This document shows positions 41,196 through 51,590 of a DNA stretch of 64,000 nt, in pieces (the stretch's first letter is position 1; every line of letters starts with the position of its first letter). The DNA comes from Candidatus Omnitrophota bacterium (GTDB lineage: Bacteria > Omnitrophota > Gorgyraeia > B26-G9): assembly GCA_018817165.1 (NCBI GenBank), contig JAHITY010000061.1, forward strand, positions 1,733 to 65,732. The letters are read 5' to 3'. Below the pieces are notes generated by a model. That model did not search any database and was not told the origin of the DNA. It saw only the letters and a program-made list of their open reading frames with translations. The translations under genes were made by a program, and so were the position numbers.

Positions 41196-41432
41196 TTAAG
41201 AATGACAGCCTTTGCCAAACATACATGAAGGCGATGCCTGACATGGCCCTTTTTGCGCGCAAAAATCCTGCTGGGTTTTAGAACCAGTAGAAATAAAACC
41301 ACTGGATATTTTTTTCTGAAGTTTTTTACTGCCGCAATGCACGCATTTAATTTTAGCCTTAGCCTGAGAAACTCCCAACAGAAATTCACTTATCTGATTA
41401 CAATCACTGCATTCATATTCATATATCGGCAT
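41196..41432 (-). CDS. FmdB-family zinc-ribbon protein
   Basis: MPIYEYECSDC...CVHCGS. Confidence 0.88.
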   Translation of the reverse strand: MPIYEYECSDCNQISEFLLGVSQAKAKIKCVHCGSKKLQKKISSGFISTGSKTQQDFCAQKGPCQASPSCMFGKGCHS

Positions 41433-41449
41433 AACCTATTATCCTTTTT

Positions 41450-42271
41450 TCAGCGCCTTTTTAAAAAGTGTTTTTTCTTAGAAGCATATAATCTTCTCAC
41501 TCGCCGAGTTTGCGCAGTATTAATCGCCAGCACATTTTTCTTTTTCACATCATAAACAGATTGCACTTGTAATCCATGAAAAAGAAAAACTTTTTTGATT
41601 TTTAAAATTTGCTCTCTGGACAAAGGCTTACACTCCGAAGCCCGCAAAGGCGTATTAATATATATTTTGTCCGCTTTTATTTTTTTAGCTAATAAAGCTA
41701 TTTCTTCGGCAACATGCTGATTCTCTTTTACAAACATTATTTGTAAAGCCAAGGTTCCTTTAAATACTTTACGCAGTTTTTTAAGACCAGTTATAATCTT
41801 CGAAGCTGTAACATTTTTGTATGGATTATTCACACTTGCTAGAACATCATTTGTGCTGGCATCAAGCTTCGCCATGATGATATTAGCTTCCAGCAATTGA
41901 TCTCTTACTGCTTTTTGTCCAAGAAGAACTGAATTTGTGATCACCGCCACGGGTTCTGGTCTGATCTTTTTAATCGCCCTGATAAGCCGTCCGAGATTAG
42001 CCGCTAATGTCGGTTCTCCAGTGCCGGATAAAGTAATGCAATCAATTATTACTTCAGGCAGCGCTTTTATTTCGGCAATTATCTTCTCAGTTTCAATGAA
42101 AATCCGTCTTTTAGCAATAACCGGTTTTTCCCTGCCTACCTGACAATATGCGCAGTCAAAACAACACACCTTATGCTTCTGGGCAATCGGATCAATCCCG
42201 AGAGATCGGCCCAATCGCCAAGAACTAACTGGCCCATAAATATATTTAAACTCTTGTTTTTCCTGCATCAT
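41450..42271 (-). CDS. Radical SAM protein (TYW1-related, uncharacterised)
   Basis: YGPVSSWRLGRSLGID, CCFDCAYC, SGTGEPTL. Confidence 0.85.
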   Translation of the reverse strand: MMQEKQEFKYIYGPVSSWRLGRSLGIDPIAQKHKVCCFDCAYCQVGREKPVIAKRRIFIETEKIIAEIKALPEVIIDCITLSGTGEPTLAANLGRLIRAIKKIRPEPVAVITNSVLLGQKAVRDQLLEANIIMAKLDASTNDVLASVNNPYKNVTASKIITGLKKLRKVFKGTLALQIMFVKENQHVAEEIALLAKKIKADKIYINTPLRASECKPLSREQILKIKKVFLFHGLQVQSVYDVKKKNVLAINTAQTRRVRRLYASKKKHFLKRR

Positions 42272-42295
42272 ATTGCTTTTATGCCTTTACAGTTA

Positions 42296-43021
42296 TTAAA
42301 AAGAATAGATTAACGATAAAACAGTTCTCGTGTCATTTTTCTTCGCCTCACCAGTTGGATTAGCATTAAACTCATCAATAAAGCTGAATCTTAATGACAT
42401 CGTATCACTCAAAGGATTGGTAAATCTTGTTTCAGCGACAACCCGGAAATCATCACTTTCTTCCAGATTTTGATACATTGCGATATCCTGAGAAAGCCTT
42501 GCTTTTTCAAAAACCGGCTTTTCACAAAAAACCCGCGGCACAAGGATAGCGTCAGTTCTTTCTTTTGTGGCATCCACATAATTAACATGTTCTAAACCTA
42601 CCCCGACTTCAGCCATTGCTTTCCAATCTTCTGTATCGGAAAACCAATATCCTGCACCGACAACAGGCAGTATTCTATAATCAATATTAGAAAACTTATC
42701 ATGTTCTGCGGAAAACTTGTAAAAAGCATACCACTGGTCCTCTAAAAAACTTAAGGCATAACGTAAAGAAGCACTATGCTTTTGCCCATCCATTTTTTTA
42801 TTCTGAGAAGAATATAAGGTACTTGCTTTTAAAGTAACCTCATCTGACTCTGTCTTCTTATCGGCTTCGATTGCTCCGGTTAATTGTGAACTCTGCGTAT
42901 TCCCTGTTGCCTTTGTAAATCCCAGAGATGCTTCTCTTTTCCAGATATCTTCAGCATATGCGTCAGTTGATAAAATCGCGAAAATAAAACCCAAAACCAA
43001 CAAACCCATAATTTTTTTCAT
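42296..43021 (-). CDS. DUF481/YdiY-family outer membrane beta-barrel
   Basis: Signal peptide, LGFTKATGNT, GAGY, C-terminal YSF. Confidence 0.8.
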   Translation of the reverse strand: MKKIMGLLVLGFIFAILSTDAYAEDIWKREASLGFTKATGNTQSSQLTGAIEADKKTESDEVTLKASTLYSSQNKKMDGQKHSASLRYALSFLEDQWYAFYKFSAEHDKFSNIDYRILPVVGAGYWFSDTEDWKAMAEVGVGLEHVNYVDATKERTDAILVPRVFCEKPVFEKARLSQDIAMYQNLEESDDFRVVAETRFTNPLSDTMSLRFSFIDEFNANPTGEAKKNDTRTVLSLIYSF

Positions 43022-43057
43022 CCTTGAATTCCCTTTCCTATATTTAATAACTCTTCG

Positions 43058-43876
43058 TTATTTACCAAATGGTAATAAATTTTTTAATTTTTCTGTTGTC
43101 GTTTTAACTGTTTCAGTTGCTGTCCCGCCAACATTTTTACCCAAACCTAAAGCATCCCCGGCAATATTTCCCACCAGTTTGCCCGCGTCTTTTACCGATC
43201 CCTGCAGACTATCCGTTAAAGGACCGAGTTTAAAATTAGTCAAGCTAGAAAGAGTCGTATTAGCCAAAGCCTTAACCACAATAATCCGGACAACAGCCTC
43301 TGGATCAGTAATATTCTCATACTGCTCATCAACATTAATCTTAAACTCCTTAATTACCGGCTCACCGCCCTTAGAATAATCCTTGTATATTACCTTGCCG
43401 ATTTTTAACTTCATCAAATCAATCTGAATCTGAAGCTTTTCTCCTGTGACTGCTTTTGGCTGATCTTTCTTTGCCGGCTCAGTTTTTTTTGCTGTTTGGA
43501 CTGCGGTTAAAGAATCTAGATTTAAAACACCCTGCTTATTCTTTACAACCACAAATTCTTTTAAATCCAGTCTAACTTCGCTTAAATGCACTTTCTTCTT
43601 CATCAAAGCACCTAAATCATAATCCACATAAATCTCTGGTAAATCCATCATAATCTTATCTTCAAAATCAGCAGGATTATATAAAACCAAACCATTGATT
43701 CCCAATAATGTATTCATCAACCCGATATTAATGCTCTCAACCTGCATATTAAGTCCGGTTACAACTTTAACCCCGGTAGTAACCGCTGCTTTTACAATCA
43801 TATTCCTGCCCACAGCCAAAACTATCAGCAGCACCAACAAAAACACAACAATACCAATACAAATTTTTTTAAGCAT
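43058..43876 (-). CDS. AsmA-like envelope protein
   Basis: N-terminal anchor, NPADF, beta-rich segments, GVLNLD. Confidence 0.55.
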   Translation of the reverse strand: MLKKICIGIVVFLLVLLIVLAVGRNMIVKAAVTTGVKVVTGLNMQVESINIGLMNTLLGINGLVLYNPADFEDKIMMDLPEIYVDYDLGALMKKKVHLSEVRLDLKEFVVVKNKQGVLNLDSLTAVQTAKKTEPAKKDQPKAVTGEKLQIQIDLMKLKIGKVIYKDYSKGGEPVIKEFKINVDEQYENITDPEAVVRIIVVKALANTTLSSLTNFKLGPLTDSLQGSVKDAGKLVGNIAGDALGLGKNVGGTATETVKTTTEKLKNLLPFGK

Positions 43877-43984
43877 TGTTCCTCCTTTTTTATTTTAAAC
43901 AGAAATATTCAATCTTGGAATAATTTTAAGATTATTTCAGTATACAATTTGCAGTCAATGCTGTCAATTAATCCTTGAAACTTA

Positions 43985-44737
43985 TCATTTGACTTGATTT
44001 TTTAAAGTTCCAATCCCGTCGATAGACACCTCAACAATATCTCCTGGCTTCATATTACCAACACCCGGGGGAGTCCCAGTTGAGATAATATCGCCAGGCA
44101 AAAGAGTCATTACTTGGGAAATAAAGCTGATCAGATAGGGAATGGGGAAAATAAGCTGAGCTGTTGAAGAATGCTGTTTTAACTTACCATTAAGATACGC
44201 GCTGATCATTAGATCATCTGTGCTGATATCTGTCTCAATCCAGGGGCCGACCGGGCAAAAAGTATCAAACGACTTGGCTCTTGTCCATTGTCCGTCTTTT
44301 TTCTGAATATCGCGGGCAGTGATATCATTTAAACACGTATAACCCAAAACACATTTCAATGCCTTTGCCTCGGAAATATTATGGGCTTTTTTGCCGATCA
44401 CTATTGCCAACTCAGCCTCATAATCAAGCTGTTTTACGCCAAGCGGATATTTGATATTATCCAAGTGGCCAATCAAAGCTGTTGGTGGCTTTAAAAAAAT
44501 AATCGGCTGTTTGAGTGTTTTCATCCCCAGCTCCTTAGCATGATTTTTATAATTTAAACCAACTAAGATAATTTTTTGAGGAACAGTCGGAGGCAGCAAT
44601 TTTAGCTGTTTAAACCCAATAACTTGCCGGCTAAATTCAATGTTCACAAAAGGAGCGGTTTTTAAGACTCTGACTGCCTTACCTTCTAATACTCCCCATA
44701 ACTCTTGTTGCTTATAGATAAATCGCAATATTTTCAT
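43985..44737 (-). CDS. Fumarylacetoacetate hydrolase family protein
   Basis: GLNYKNHA, DYEAEL, NDITARD, AKSFDTF, TGTPPGVG. Confidence 0.93.
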   Translation of the reverse strand: MKILRFIYKQQELWGVLEGKAVRVLKTAPFVNIEFSRQVIGFKQLKLLPPTVPQKIILVGLNYKNHAKELGMKTLKQPIIFLKPPTALIGHLDNIKYPLGVKQLDYEAELAIVIGKKAHNISEAKALKCVLGYTCLNDITARDIQKKDGQWTRAKSFDTFCPVGPWIETDISTDDLMISAYLNGKLKQHSSTAQLIFPIPYLISFISQVMTLLPGDIISTGTPPGVGNMKPGDIVEVSIDGIGTLKNQVK

Positions 44738-44869
44738 ATTTGCTTAATCCTTGGATTATAACCATTAATCAGAAACACTTTTATGCCCATAGTCTACCAT
44801 AAAAAAGGAAAACAGATAAAAATAATCTTTTTAAATTTTTTCAGATGAGAATTACTAATTGAAAAGGGT

Positions 44870-45520
44870 TTATTGAAAATTACCGCATACTTCTTTTAAT
44901 ACATTTACAATTATTTTATTTTTATATTGGCTTACTTCCTGCACAGTACTCGATCCGCCTGCGACAAAAATTGCATCCATTTTAGCGCGCTGCGCAGTGT
45001 CCATATCCACATCCATATCCCCGGCATAAACCGCATCCTGAATTTGAACATCTAATTTTTTTAATACTTCAAATAAGATTTTCGGTTTTGGTTTTAAGCT
45101 ATTAATTTGATCAGCGCAAAGGATAAAATCAAAATATTTTTTTATATCCAAGGCTTTAACCACAATATCAGTATAAGCCGCCGGACGATTGGAAGCAATT
45201 GCCAGCAATTTTTTCCTGCGTTTTAAATTATAAAGCATTGCCTTGGCATACGGCTTTAATTTTGCATGTTTTTTTAAAGAACCCTTATGATGAGTGCGAT
45301 ACAATGATAAAGCTTTTTCCACCTGATTTTTCGGGAAGAATTGGGCAACAAAGTTTTTGTCTCCATGACCAATATTGCTTTTTATTACCTCAAAAGCAAC
45401 CGGCTCATAGCCAAATTTATCCCGGCAAAAATTAAGACTTGCGCTAATCGCCTGATAAGCGTCAACCAATGTCCCATCCAGATCAAAAATAAATAGCTTT
45501 TTAACTTTAGCTGTGATCAT
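44870..45520 (-). CDS. HAD-family phosphatase (Gph-like)
   Basis: FDLDGTLVD, ASN, KPKP, GDMDVD. Confidence 0.9.
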   Translation of the reverse strand: MITAKVKKLFIFDLDGTLVDAYQAISASLNFCRDKFGYEPVAFEVIKSNIGHGDKNFVAQFFPKNQVEKALSLYRTHHKGSLKKHAKLKPYAKAMLYNLKRRKKLLAIASNRPAAYTDIVVKALDIKKYFDFILCADQINSLKPKPKILFEVLKKLDVQIQDAVYAGDMDVDMDTAQRAKMDAIFVAGGSSTVQEVSQYKNKIIVNVLKEVCGNFQ

Positions 45521-45593
45521 ATTCCCCTATTTTAAAATAAAAAATGATTGATGAATAAGCGGAATTAGCAAGGAGTTCCGATCTAGAACAAGC

Positions 45594-46001
45594 TTATTTT
45601 TTACTTTTTTTATTATTCCCAATAACGTATTTTCTTACTTTGATCAAATCAGTCGAACTAATATCAGTAAACTTCAAACCGAATAAATACTCTTTTTTTT
45701 GCGGTGGAATTTTCTTAACCCACATAACTTTGGTAATCGCATATATCGGCCTAGCTTCAAAAGCGAATTGAAACTGGATGCCTATGGTCAAATCCCCTGA
45801 TTTTAAAAAAGGCATCCAGCGATCAATAATATCCCATGTTTTCATACTCAAACCAGTCGAAGAGAAATCTACCAGCAAACCAGCTCGAAAATTTAAAAGA
45901 TCCTGAGCATTAAGCATATTAGGGGTCATCTTATCCATGATCAGAAAATTTATATCCAGCATTTGGCTTACGCGATTATTTAATCTTCTCTCAATGCCCA
46001 T
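45594..46001 (-). CDS. PilZ-domain protein
   Basis: ERRLNNR, DFSSTG, FGLKF. Confidence 0.75.
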   Translation of the reverse strand: MGIERRLNNRVSQMLDINFLIMDKMTPNMLNAQDLLNFRAGLLVDFSSTGLSMKTWDIIDRWMPFLKSGDLTIGIQFQFAFEARPIYAITKVMWVKKIPPQKKEYLFGLKFTDISSTDLIKVRKYVIGNNKKSKK

Positions 46002-46025
46002 CCGAATATCTCCGCCCCTAATATT

Positions 46026-46571
46026 TTACTTTAAATATGCTTTGATTATTTTCTGATCCTTTACCGGCTTATCCATTGGGCCCACTTTAATATTCTCAAT
46101 TTTTTCAACACTGTCATAACCCGCCACTACTTCACCAAAAATAGTATGCTTCATATTAAGCCAAGGGGTTGGTTTTGTAGTAATAAAAAACTGGCTGCCA
46201 TTTGTATTTGGACCGGCATTTGCCATTGCTAATATCCCCGGTTTATCAAAAGTCACAGTCTTAACAACCTCATCAGCAAAAGGTTTTCCCCAAAGTGACT
46301 CGCCACCACGTCCTGTACCGGTCGGATCTCCGCCCTGAATCATAAAATCTTTAATAACTCTATGAAATATAATTCCATCATAATAACCTTTTTCAATCAA
46401 ACCGCGAAAATTCTCGCAGGCTTTAGGAGCAATATCATCTTTAAGCTTAATTTCAATAATCCCTTGGTTTGTTTCCAATACAACCATGTTCTTAACCTCC
46501 ATTTTTTCTTGCGCCAGCACATTTGCGGCAAACAATAATCCAATTAAAATACCGAGAATAACTTTTTTCAT
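46026..46571 (-). CDS. Exported cyclophilin-type peptidyl-prolyl isomerase
   Basis: [35 protein letters not shown]. Confidence 0.95.
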   Translation of the reverse strand: MKKVILGILIGLLFAANVLAQEKMEVKNMVVLETNQGIIEIKLKDDIAPKACENFRGLIEKGYYDGIIFHRVIKDFMIQGGDPTGTGRGGESLWGKPFADEVVKTVTFDKPGILAMANAGPNTNGSQFFITTKPTPWLNMKHTIFGEVVAGYDSVEKIENIKVGPMDKPVKDQKIIKAYLK

Positions 46572-46586
46572 AACTGCCCCCTATTT

Positions 46587-47270
46587 CTATTGATCATGCT
46601 TTGATTGGCAATAATTTTCAATAAATGTCCAAATACCCGACTTCGAAACTTTATTCGATTTTGTAAATATTAGGCCTACTTCAAAATTATCTGAATTTTC
46701 GCATTTCTTAGCCCAAACAACTTTTACTTCAAGTTCTATATTCTGATGAACACCTGGCAGTTTAAAGTTTATCAGCAAGCTATCCTCTGAGGCGACTTCC
46801 TGCTCAAGGAGCAACTTCATCCCTCCGCGGCTAATATCAATACTTTTACCCGAAATTTTTTTTTGAGAATCACCTAAATAGCTACCATTAATCGCTGCCT
46901 GTACATCACAGCGAATAAACTCACGGATTTCATCCACCCGGCTAGCGCAATCATAAATAAACTTGGACAAACGCTTATTATCCGGCTCATTTGTATGATT
47001 AAACCTTATGCCCGTAGCAAAACGATTATTCCGCCCAGGTAATTGCCAAAGAATGGTGCCTTCAATCGGTAAAGGCCTGGACCCATCCGGAATATCAAGT
47101 TCAAGCTCTACAATAACTCCATTTTTTAAAGCAATATCAGTATACACATTTATTCCAATAAAACTTAAATCTTTGACCGCGATCTTGCGTTTTCCTTCAA
47201 TCCCACCCTTAAGCTTAAAGCTTACTTCTGATAAGCCCTTAACCCGAACAAATTTTCTTCTTTCTTCCAT
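46587..47270 (-). CDS. Tandem PilZ-domain protein
   Basis: ERRKFVR...DLSFIG; REFIR...DISRGG. Confidence 0.85.
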   Translation of the reverse strand: MEERRKFVRVKGLSEVSFKLKGGIEGKRKIAVKDLSFIGINVYTDIALKNGVIVELELDIPDGSRPLPIEGTILWQLPGRNNRFATGIRFNHTNEPDNKRLSKFIYDCASRVDEIREFIRCDVQAAINGSYLGDSQKKISGKSIDISRGGMKLLLEQEVASEDSLLINFKLPGVHQNIELEVKVVWAKKCENSDNFEVGLIFTKSNKVSKSGIWTFIENYCQSKHDQ

Positions 47271-47272
47271 AA

Positions 47273-47446
47273 TTACTCCTTGGTATTTAAGCTGTCCTGT
47301 CCATCAGCAATCCGTTCAAGCAACTTCACAATAACTGAAATGTTTTTTTTCATAAAAATCGGAAACCCAATCAAATAACAAGAAAGCCCTAACCCCACAA
47401 ATGTCCAAATAACAATCAACAGCTTAACCCATATACTACAGTTCAT
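47273..47446 (-). CDS. Small membrane protein (57 aa; not in the ORF track)
   Basis: MNCSIWVKLLIVIWTFVGLGLSCYLIGFPIFMKKNISVIVKLLERIADGQDSLNTKE; ATGA overlap with the nitroreductase stop; ends at the next gene's RBS. Confidence 0.65.
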   Translation of the reverse strand: MNCSIWVKLLIVIWTFVGLGLSCYLIGFPIFMKKNISVIVKLLERIADGQDSLNTKE

Positions 47447-47955
47447 TTGCTACTCTCCCTATTTTTAAAAGACTCCCAATGAATCACATCAGCCAAACAC
47501 CGTTTTTTTGATTGCGCCTTTAATTCATCCGCAATGCCCAGCGAAATAATGCTGACCAGCAGCAAGCCGCTTGCTTTGAACATCTCACCCACCTGCTCGG
47601 CATATTCTTTTTTATCCCCGGCTATCCAACAAGCCCCTATTCCCTGAGCGGCGGCGGCTAAAAGAATATTCTCTGTTGCCGCGCAGCCATCTTCCAAATA
47701 ATATTTTGTTTTTTGACAAAACACAATAATTGCTGCTTGCGCATCTTTAATAAAACTGCCGTTTGCCGCTATTTCAGACAGTCCCAGCAAACTCGAGGAA
47801 TCTTGAATTACAACAAACTCCCATGGCTCAACCGCCCTAGCACTGGGAGCTCTTCGTCCGGCATCAACTAATTGCTCTAAAACAGCGCGACTAATCTCTG
47901 TGGTTTTATATTTTCTTATACTTGTCCGATCGCAAACAACTTTATCGAAATCCAT
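47443..47955 (-). CDS. Nitroreductase family protein
   Basis: RTSIRKY, APSA, PWEF, GIGACW. Confidence 0.9.
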   Translation of the reverse strand: MDFDKVVCDRTSIRKYKTTEISRAVLEQLVDAGRRAPSARAVEPWEFVVIQDSSSLLGLSEIAANGSFIKDAQAAIIVFCQKTKYYLEDGCAATENILLAAAAQGIGACWIAGDKKEYAEQVGEMFKASGLLLVSIISLGIADELKAQSKKRCLADVIHWESFKNRESSK

Positions 47956-47966
47956 CGCAGTAATCC

Positions 47967-48248
47967 TTATTTTTTATTTTTCGGCATTCTTAAAATAACC
48001 GCTGTTATTACTACAGCACTGAATAATATCATATTCGTAATATTAAAAGTTTTCCAGACCATATCCGGAGAAGACATAGCCGCGGGAAACATTAATAAAA
48101 AACAAATCCATACGCCAAAAGCCCAATAAAGACTTATATCTTTTGAAGATCCTCTTTTAACCATTCTGTAGATCAAAGGAATATTCCATAAAGGTAATAT
48201 GATTGACGCGATTAAAGCTATTTTTCTTAACACAGATACCTCAGTCAA
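47967..48248 (-). CDS. SemiSWEET/PQ-loop-like small transporter
   Basis: Three TM, NIPLI..MVKRGSSKDIS. Confidence 0.65.
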   Translation of the reverse strand: MTEVSVLRKIALIASIILPLWNIPLIYRMVKRGSSKDISLYWAFGVWICFLLMFPAAMSSPDMVWKTFNITNMILFSAVVITAVILRMPKNKK

Positions 48249-48726
48249 CAGTTTTCATACCAAATTCTTGTTTAACTTTAATCTTAATATCAATAAAATC
48301 TTTATGGCTGACATTAAACAGATTAGCTACCTTGCGGATAGTTTCCATTTCCCTAACATCCAATTCTTGATCAACACAAGCCACGCTAAATAGTATCTCA
48401 ATAATATTAATTTTAGATTTATACGACAATTCCTTGCTGATCAAGCTTGTGAAACTATGCATGTCTATGCTTTGTTTTTGCGCTTGTTCAATTGACTGAA
48501 GAATCCAAGGAATATCATCTACCGGAACACTAGCAAAAGAAATTAAAATTTCTTTTATTTTTTCTTTTTCCAAAGGTAAAAATTTATCATCTGCCGCGGC
48601 AACAATCCAAAGCAAAACCCCTAAGGCAATCTTATCATCAATTTTATTTTTATCTAGACTCGAAGCCGACACCTTCCAAACCGAAGCAATTACTTTATTC
48701 CTAAATTGATCCAAAAATCCGCTCAT
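48241..48726 (-). CDS. TerB-family protein
   Basis: VAAADD.F...E and VACVDQEL...E motifs. Confidence 0.75.
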   Translation of the reverse strand: MSGFLDQFRNKVIASVWKVSASSLDKNKIDDKIALGVLLWIVAAADDKFLPLEKEKIKEILISFASVPVDDIPWILQSIEQAQKQSIDMHSFTSLISKELSYKSKINIIEILFSVACVDQELDVREMETIRKVANLFNVSHKDFIDIKIKVKQEFGMKTVD

Positions 48727-48738
48727 AATCCCTATACT

Positions 48739-49416
48739 TTATTTATTATTTTTATACTCAGTTTCAACATATGATTCAATCTGCTTTTTAGACTCATCAC
48801 TTATTTCTAAAAATTCAATTCCGGTTTCAAATAGATTTTCTTCATTTTTTTTAACCCAAGCAACAACTGTACATTTAGCAATGATTTTTTCCGCTTGACC
48901 CGGCAAATTAAACTCTACGCATAACTGCGTTCCTTTATCCATTTGCTCACTAGCCATGACCTTTAAGCCCAAAGGACATACATCAATACTAATACACTGC
49001 TTTTTGACATCCGGCTGATCAAGTAAATTATATTTTATTTGAGCCCGAAAATCACACCTTACATATTCTCTCCGCTCAACAGTTCTCCCAGTAGCCTTTT
49101 CGATAAATCGAAATAGTTTATCCCGATTCTGATCATCAATATAGGTAAACTGGATTCCGATATCAAGCAAATCCATAGTTACCTGTCTTTGCCAAACCAT
49201 TTTTCCTTCAAGTCTGATATCCCCCTCGACTCCGGAAATATTTAAAACCAACTCCAAAACATCTTTTTCAGTTAGCTTTTTAGAACTAATTATCCTCAAA
49301 CCATTACATCCCAGATCTTCCAAGCCAACCCTGTCCGGAATATCCTGATTCCCTTTGATCGTATAGCTTGCATGAGCGTCCACATTTAAACGCACATAGC
49401 CTCTTTGCTCTTTCAT
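48739..49416 (-). CDS. Tandem PilZ-domain protein
   Basis: EQRGYVR...DLGCNG; ERREYVR...DVCPLG. Confidence 0.85.
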   Translation of the reverse strand: MKEQRGYVRLNVDAHASYTIKGNQDIPDRVGLEDLGCNGLRIISSKKLTEKDVLELVLNISGVEGDIRLEGKMVWQRQVTMDLLDIGIQFTYIDDQNRDKLFRFIEKATGRTVERREYVRCDFRAQIKYNLLDQPDVKKQCISIDVCPLGLKVMASEQMDKGTQLCVEFNLPGQAEKIIAKCTVVAWVKKNEENLFETGIEFLEISDESKKQIESYVETEYKNNK

Positions 49417-49528
49417 TACACTGCCTATCTTTTAAATGTTTTTAAAAACTTCTCCCTAAACAAGTATTGCATATTTGTTTTACTATATAATATTAAGGCT
49501 TTTTGTTCAAGCAATAAATGCTTAAATT

Positions 49529-50023
49529 CTATTCCATATGATCTAAAATCAGGATACCATTCAAATGATCAATCTCCTGCTGCACAGCCCTGCTGCCCAA
49601 ATTTTTCAAACAGGTAAAAAACGGTTGCTTATTTTCGTCCAAAGCCTTTATTTCAACAATCTGCGCGCGTTTAATTTTTACATATGTACTCGGAACGCTC
49701 AGACAGCCCTCCTCTTCATCCAACTGTCCCTTTTCAGAAATAATCTCAGGATTAATAAATACCCAGATCGGATCTTCATTTTTAGCCACAACTGAATCAT
49801 CCTCAATATCCGGGGCGATATAATCTTTGCGTAAAACAAATACTCGTTTTAAATATCCGATTTGCGGAGCAGCCAGCCCCACTCCATTAGGAGTAGCCAG
49901 CAAAGTATCCTTCAGATCTCGAACGACCTCAGCAAGCTGCGGATCATTATTCTGGACAACAGCTGACTTTGCTTTCAAAATATGCTCTGATTGAGAAATT
50001 GATAGGATCTTTTTAATCGCCAT
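49529..50023 (-). CDS. def: Peptide deformylase-like protein (altered metal site)
   Basis: GVGLAAPQIG, EGCLS, QQEIDHLNG in place of QHExDH. Confidence 0.85.
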   Translation of the reverse strand: MAIKKILSISQSEHILKAKSAVVQNNDPQLAEVVRDLKDTLLATPNGVGLAAPQIGYLKRVFVLRKDYIAPDIEDDSVVAKNEDPIWVFINPEIISEKGQLDEEEGCLSVPSTYVKIKRAQIVEIKALDENKQPFFTCLKNLGSRAVQQEIDHLNGILILDHME

Positions 50024-50028
50024 AATTA

Positions 50029-51285
50029 TCACCCTCCCATTATTTGCTTATTATATTCACTTGATTCCGGTATTCTTAAAAGAAACATAAATCCAGCGAT
50101 TAAAAGCGGGATAAAACATAATAAAGCTACCCGATAGCCCAATGCTTCAAACCGGCTGAATACAAGTAATAGTAAACCCCAAAGGATCGGACCAACTATC
50201 CCCGATAAATAACAGATAAAATTAAACATACCAAAAGCCTCACCCGCTGCTCCCTCCGGCACAATATTAACCACAAACGCTCGGGAAACAACCCAAGTAG
50301 AGCCTAAGCTTATGCCAGCGAGCACAACAATGATCCAATGATAGGGCGGAACCACTAAAGCTGCTACAAATAAGCAAATAGTCCACAAAGAAAATACCCA
50401 GATCATTGTTCGTTTACAGCCAATACGATCACTGATCAGTCCGGAAGAAATACTGCCGATAACGGCAAAAACCGTTCCCAAAATTACAAATTTAAATACA
50501 TCAGCATCATTCAAACCAAATACCCTGTTAACATAAATTGACATAAATAACATGGTTACATTAACTACGCACAAACCGAAAAAAGCTGCTTTTAAAAATT
50601 CACGCAAAGCCGCGTACTCCTCTTTTTGAAAAAGCGTTACATACATCCGCTTAAAAATCTCAACAACCTGCATTTGATTAACACAAATCTTCTTTTGCTG
50701 CTCTAAAGGAATAACTTTGTCCTTAACAAACAACATACACGGAAGAGAAAATAATAAAAATAAAATTCCTGTCCATAAAAAAGATGCTTGATAACCATGC
50801 GCCTGCACAATCGGCTTTGTGCAGATCAATGCGATTATCGCGCCAAAGTAACCAAACATTTTTCCCAAACCGGAAACCAGCCCGACCTTTCCCGGAGAAC
50901 TTATATTTAACATCAAAGCATTATAAAAAATCGTTGCTTCCTGACAGCCGATATTAGCAATCCCGAAAAATACCAATGCGCAAAATACATCATTAGTAAA
51001 ACCCAAAAGTATGGTAAACAATATACACAATAAAGTAAAAAAAATGAGAAAAGGCTTATGTTTACCCCGCACATCAGCAACTGTACCAAAAATCGGGGCA
51101 AGTAAAGCAATAAAAAAAGTAGATACGCCAAAAGCAATGCTGTAAAAAATCTCCGGAGTATGCTTTTCAAGAATCAGCCAACGAACAAAATACAAAGAAA
51201 TGATATTCAAGACAAAAAACTGATTTGCCGTATCATACATGGCCCAAGATATAATCTGACCATTTTTTTTAATCGCTGCGATCAT
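50029..51285 (-). CDS. MFS transporter (UMF1/ATG22-like)
   Basis: SWAMYDTAN, FYNALM, 12 TM. Confidence 0.85.
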   Translation of the reverse strand: MIAAIKKNGQIISWAMYDTANQFFVLNIISLYFVRWLILEKHTPEIFYSIAFGVSTFFIALLAPIFGTVADVRGKHKPFLIFFTLLCILFTILLGFTNDVFCALVFFGIANIGCQEATIFYNALMLNISSPGKVGLVSGLGKMFGYFGAIIALICTKPIVQAHGYQASFLWTGILFLLFSLPCMLFVKDKVIPLEQQKKICVNQMQVVEIFKRMYVTLFQKEEYAALREFLKAAFFGLCVVNVTMLFMSIYVNRVFGLNDADVFKFVILGTVFAVIGSISSGLISDRIGCKRTMIWVFSLWTICLFVAALVVPPYHWIIVVLAGISLGSTWVVSRAFVVNIVPEGAAGEAFGMFNFICYLSGIVGPILWGLLLLVFSRFEALGYRVALLCFIPLLIAGFMFLLRIPESSEYNKQIMGG

Positions 51286-51406
51286 AACTCTTCCTTATAT
51301 TCAATAAATTCCAGAAAAATTAAGCTTATAAAACTGTGTTCATAGTATAATATAGTCTATGAATTATGTCTCTATTTTTTTAATTTCAGATATAATTGGA
51401 CAATCT

Positions 51407-51450
51407 GGTGGCTGATCCTCCTTCGCCAAGGCTTCGGAGGACAGGTGGCT
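51407..51450. repeat. Short palindromic repeat element
   Basis: TCCTCCTTCGCCAAGGCTTCGGAGGA flanked by GGTGGCT direct repeats. Confidence 0.55.
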
Positions 51451-51507
51451 AATGGTCGATAGCTTATAGAAAAAGCAGAATACAGAAAAAAGACACAAGG
51501 TTGCAAA

Positions 51508-51590
51508 GTAGGGGCCGCGCTTGCCCCGGCCCGTAATAATAGACAAGGTGAAATCATTAATAAGCGGGCGCAGGCAAGCAGCGCCCCTAC
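51508..51590. repeat. Inverted pair of GTAG-type REP sequences (REPIN-like)
   Basis: GTAGGGGCCGCGCTTGCCCCGGCCCG (+) and GTAGGGGCGCTGCTTGCCTGCGCCCG (-). Confidence 0.8.

Noticed and set aside
51364-51557. Two ~60-aa ORFs
   Set aside because: Translations of REP-like palindromes.
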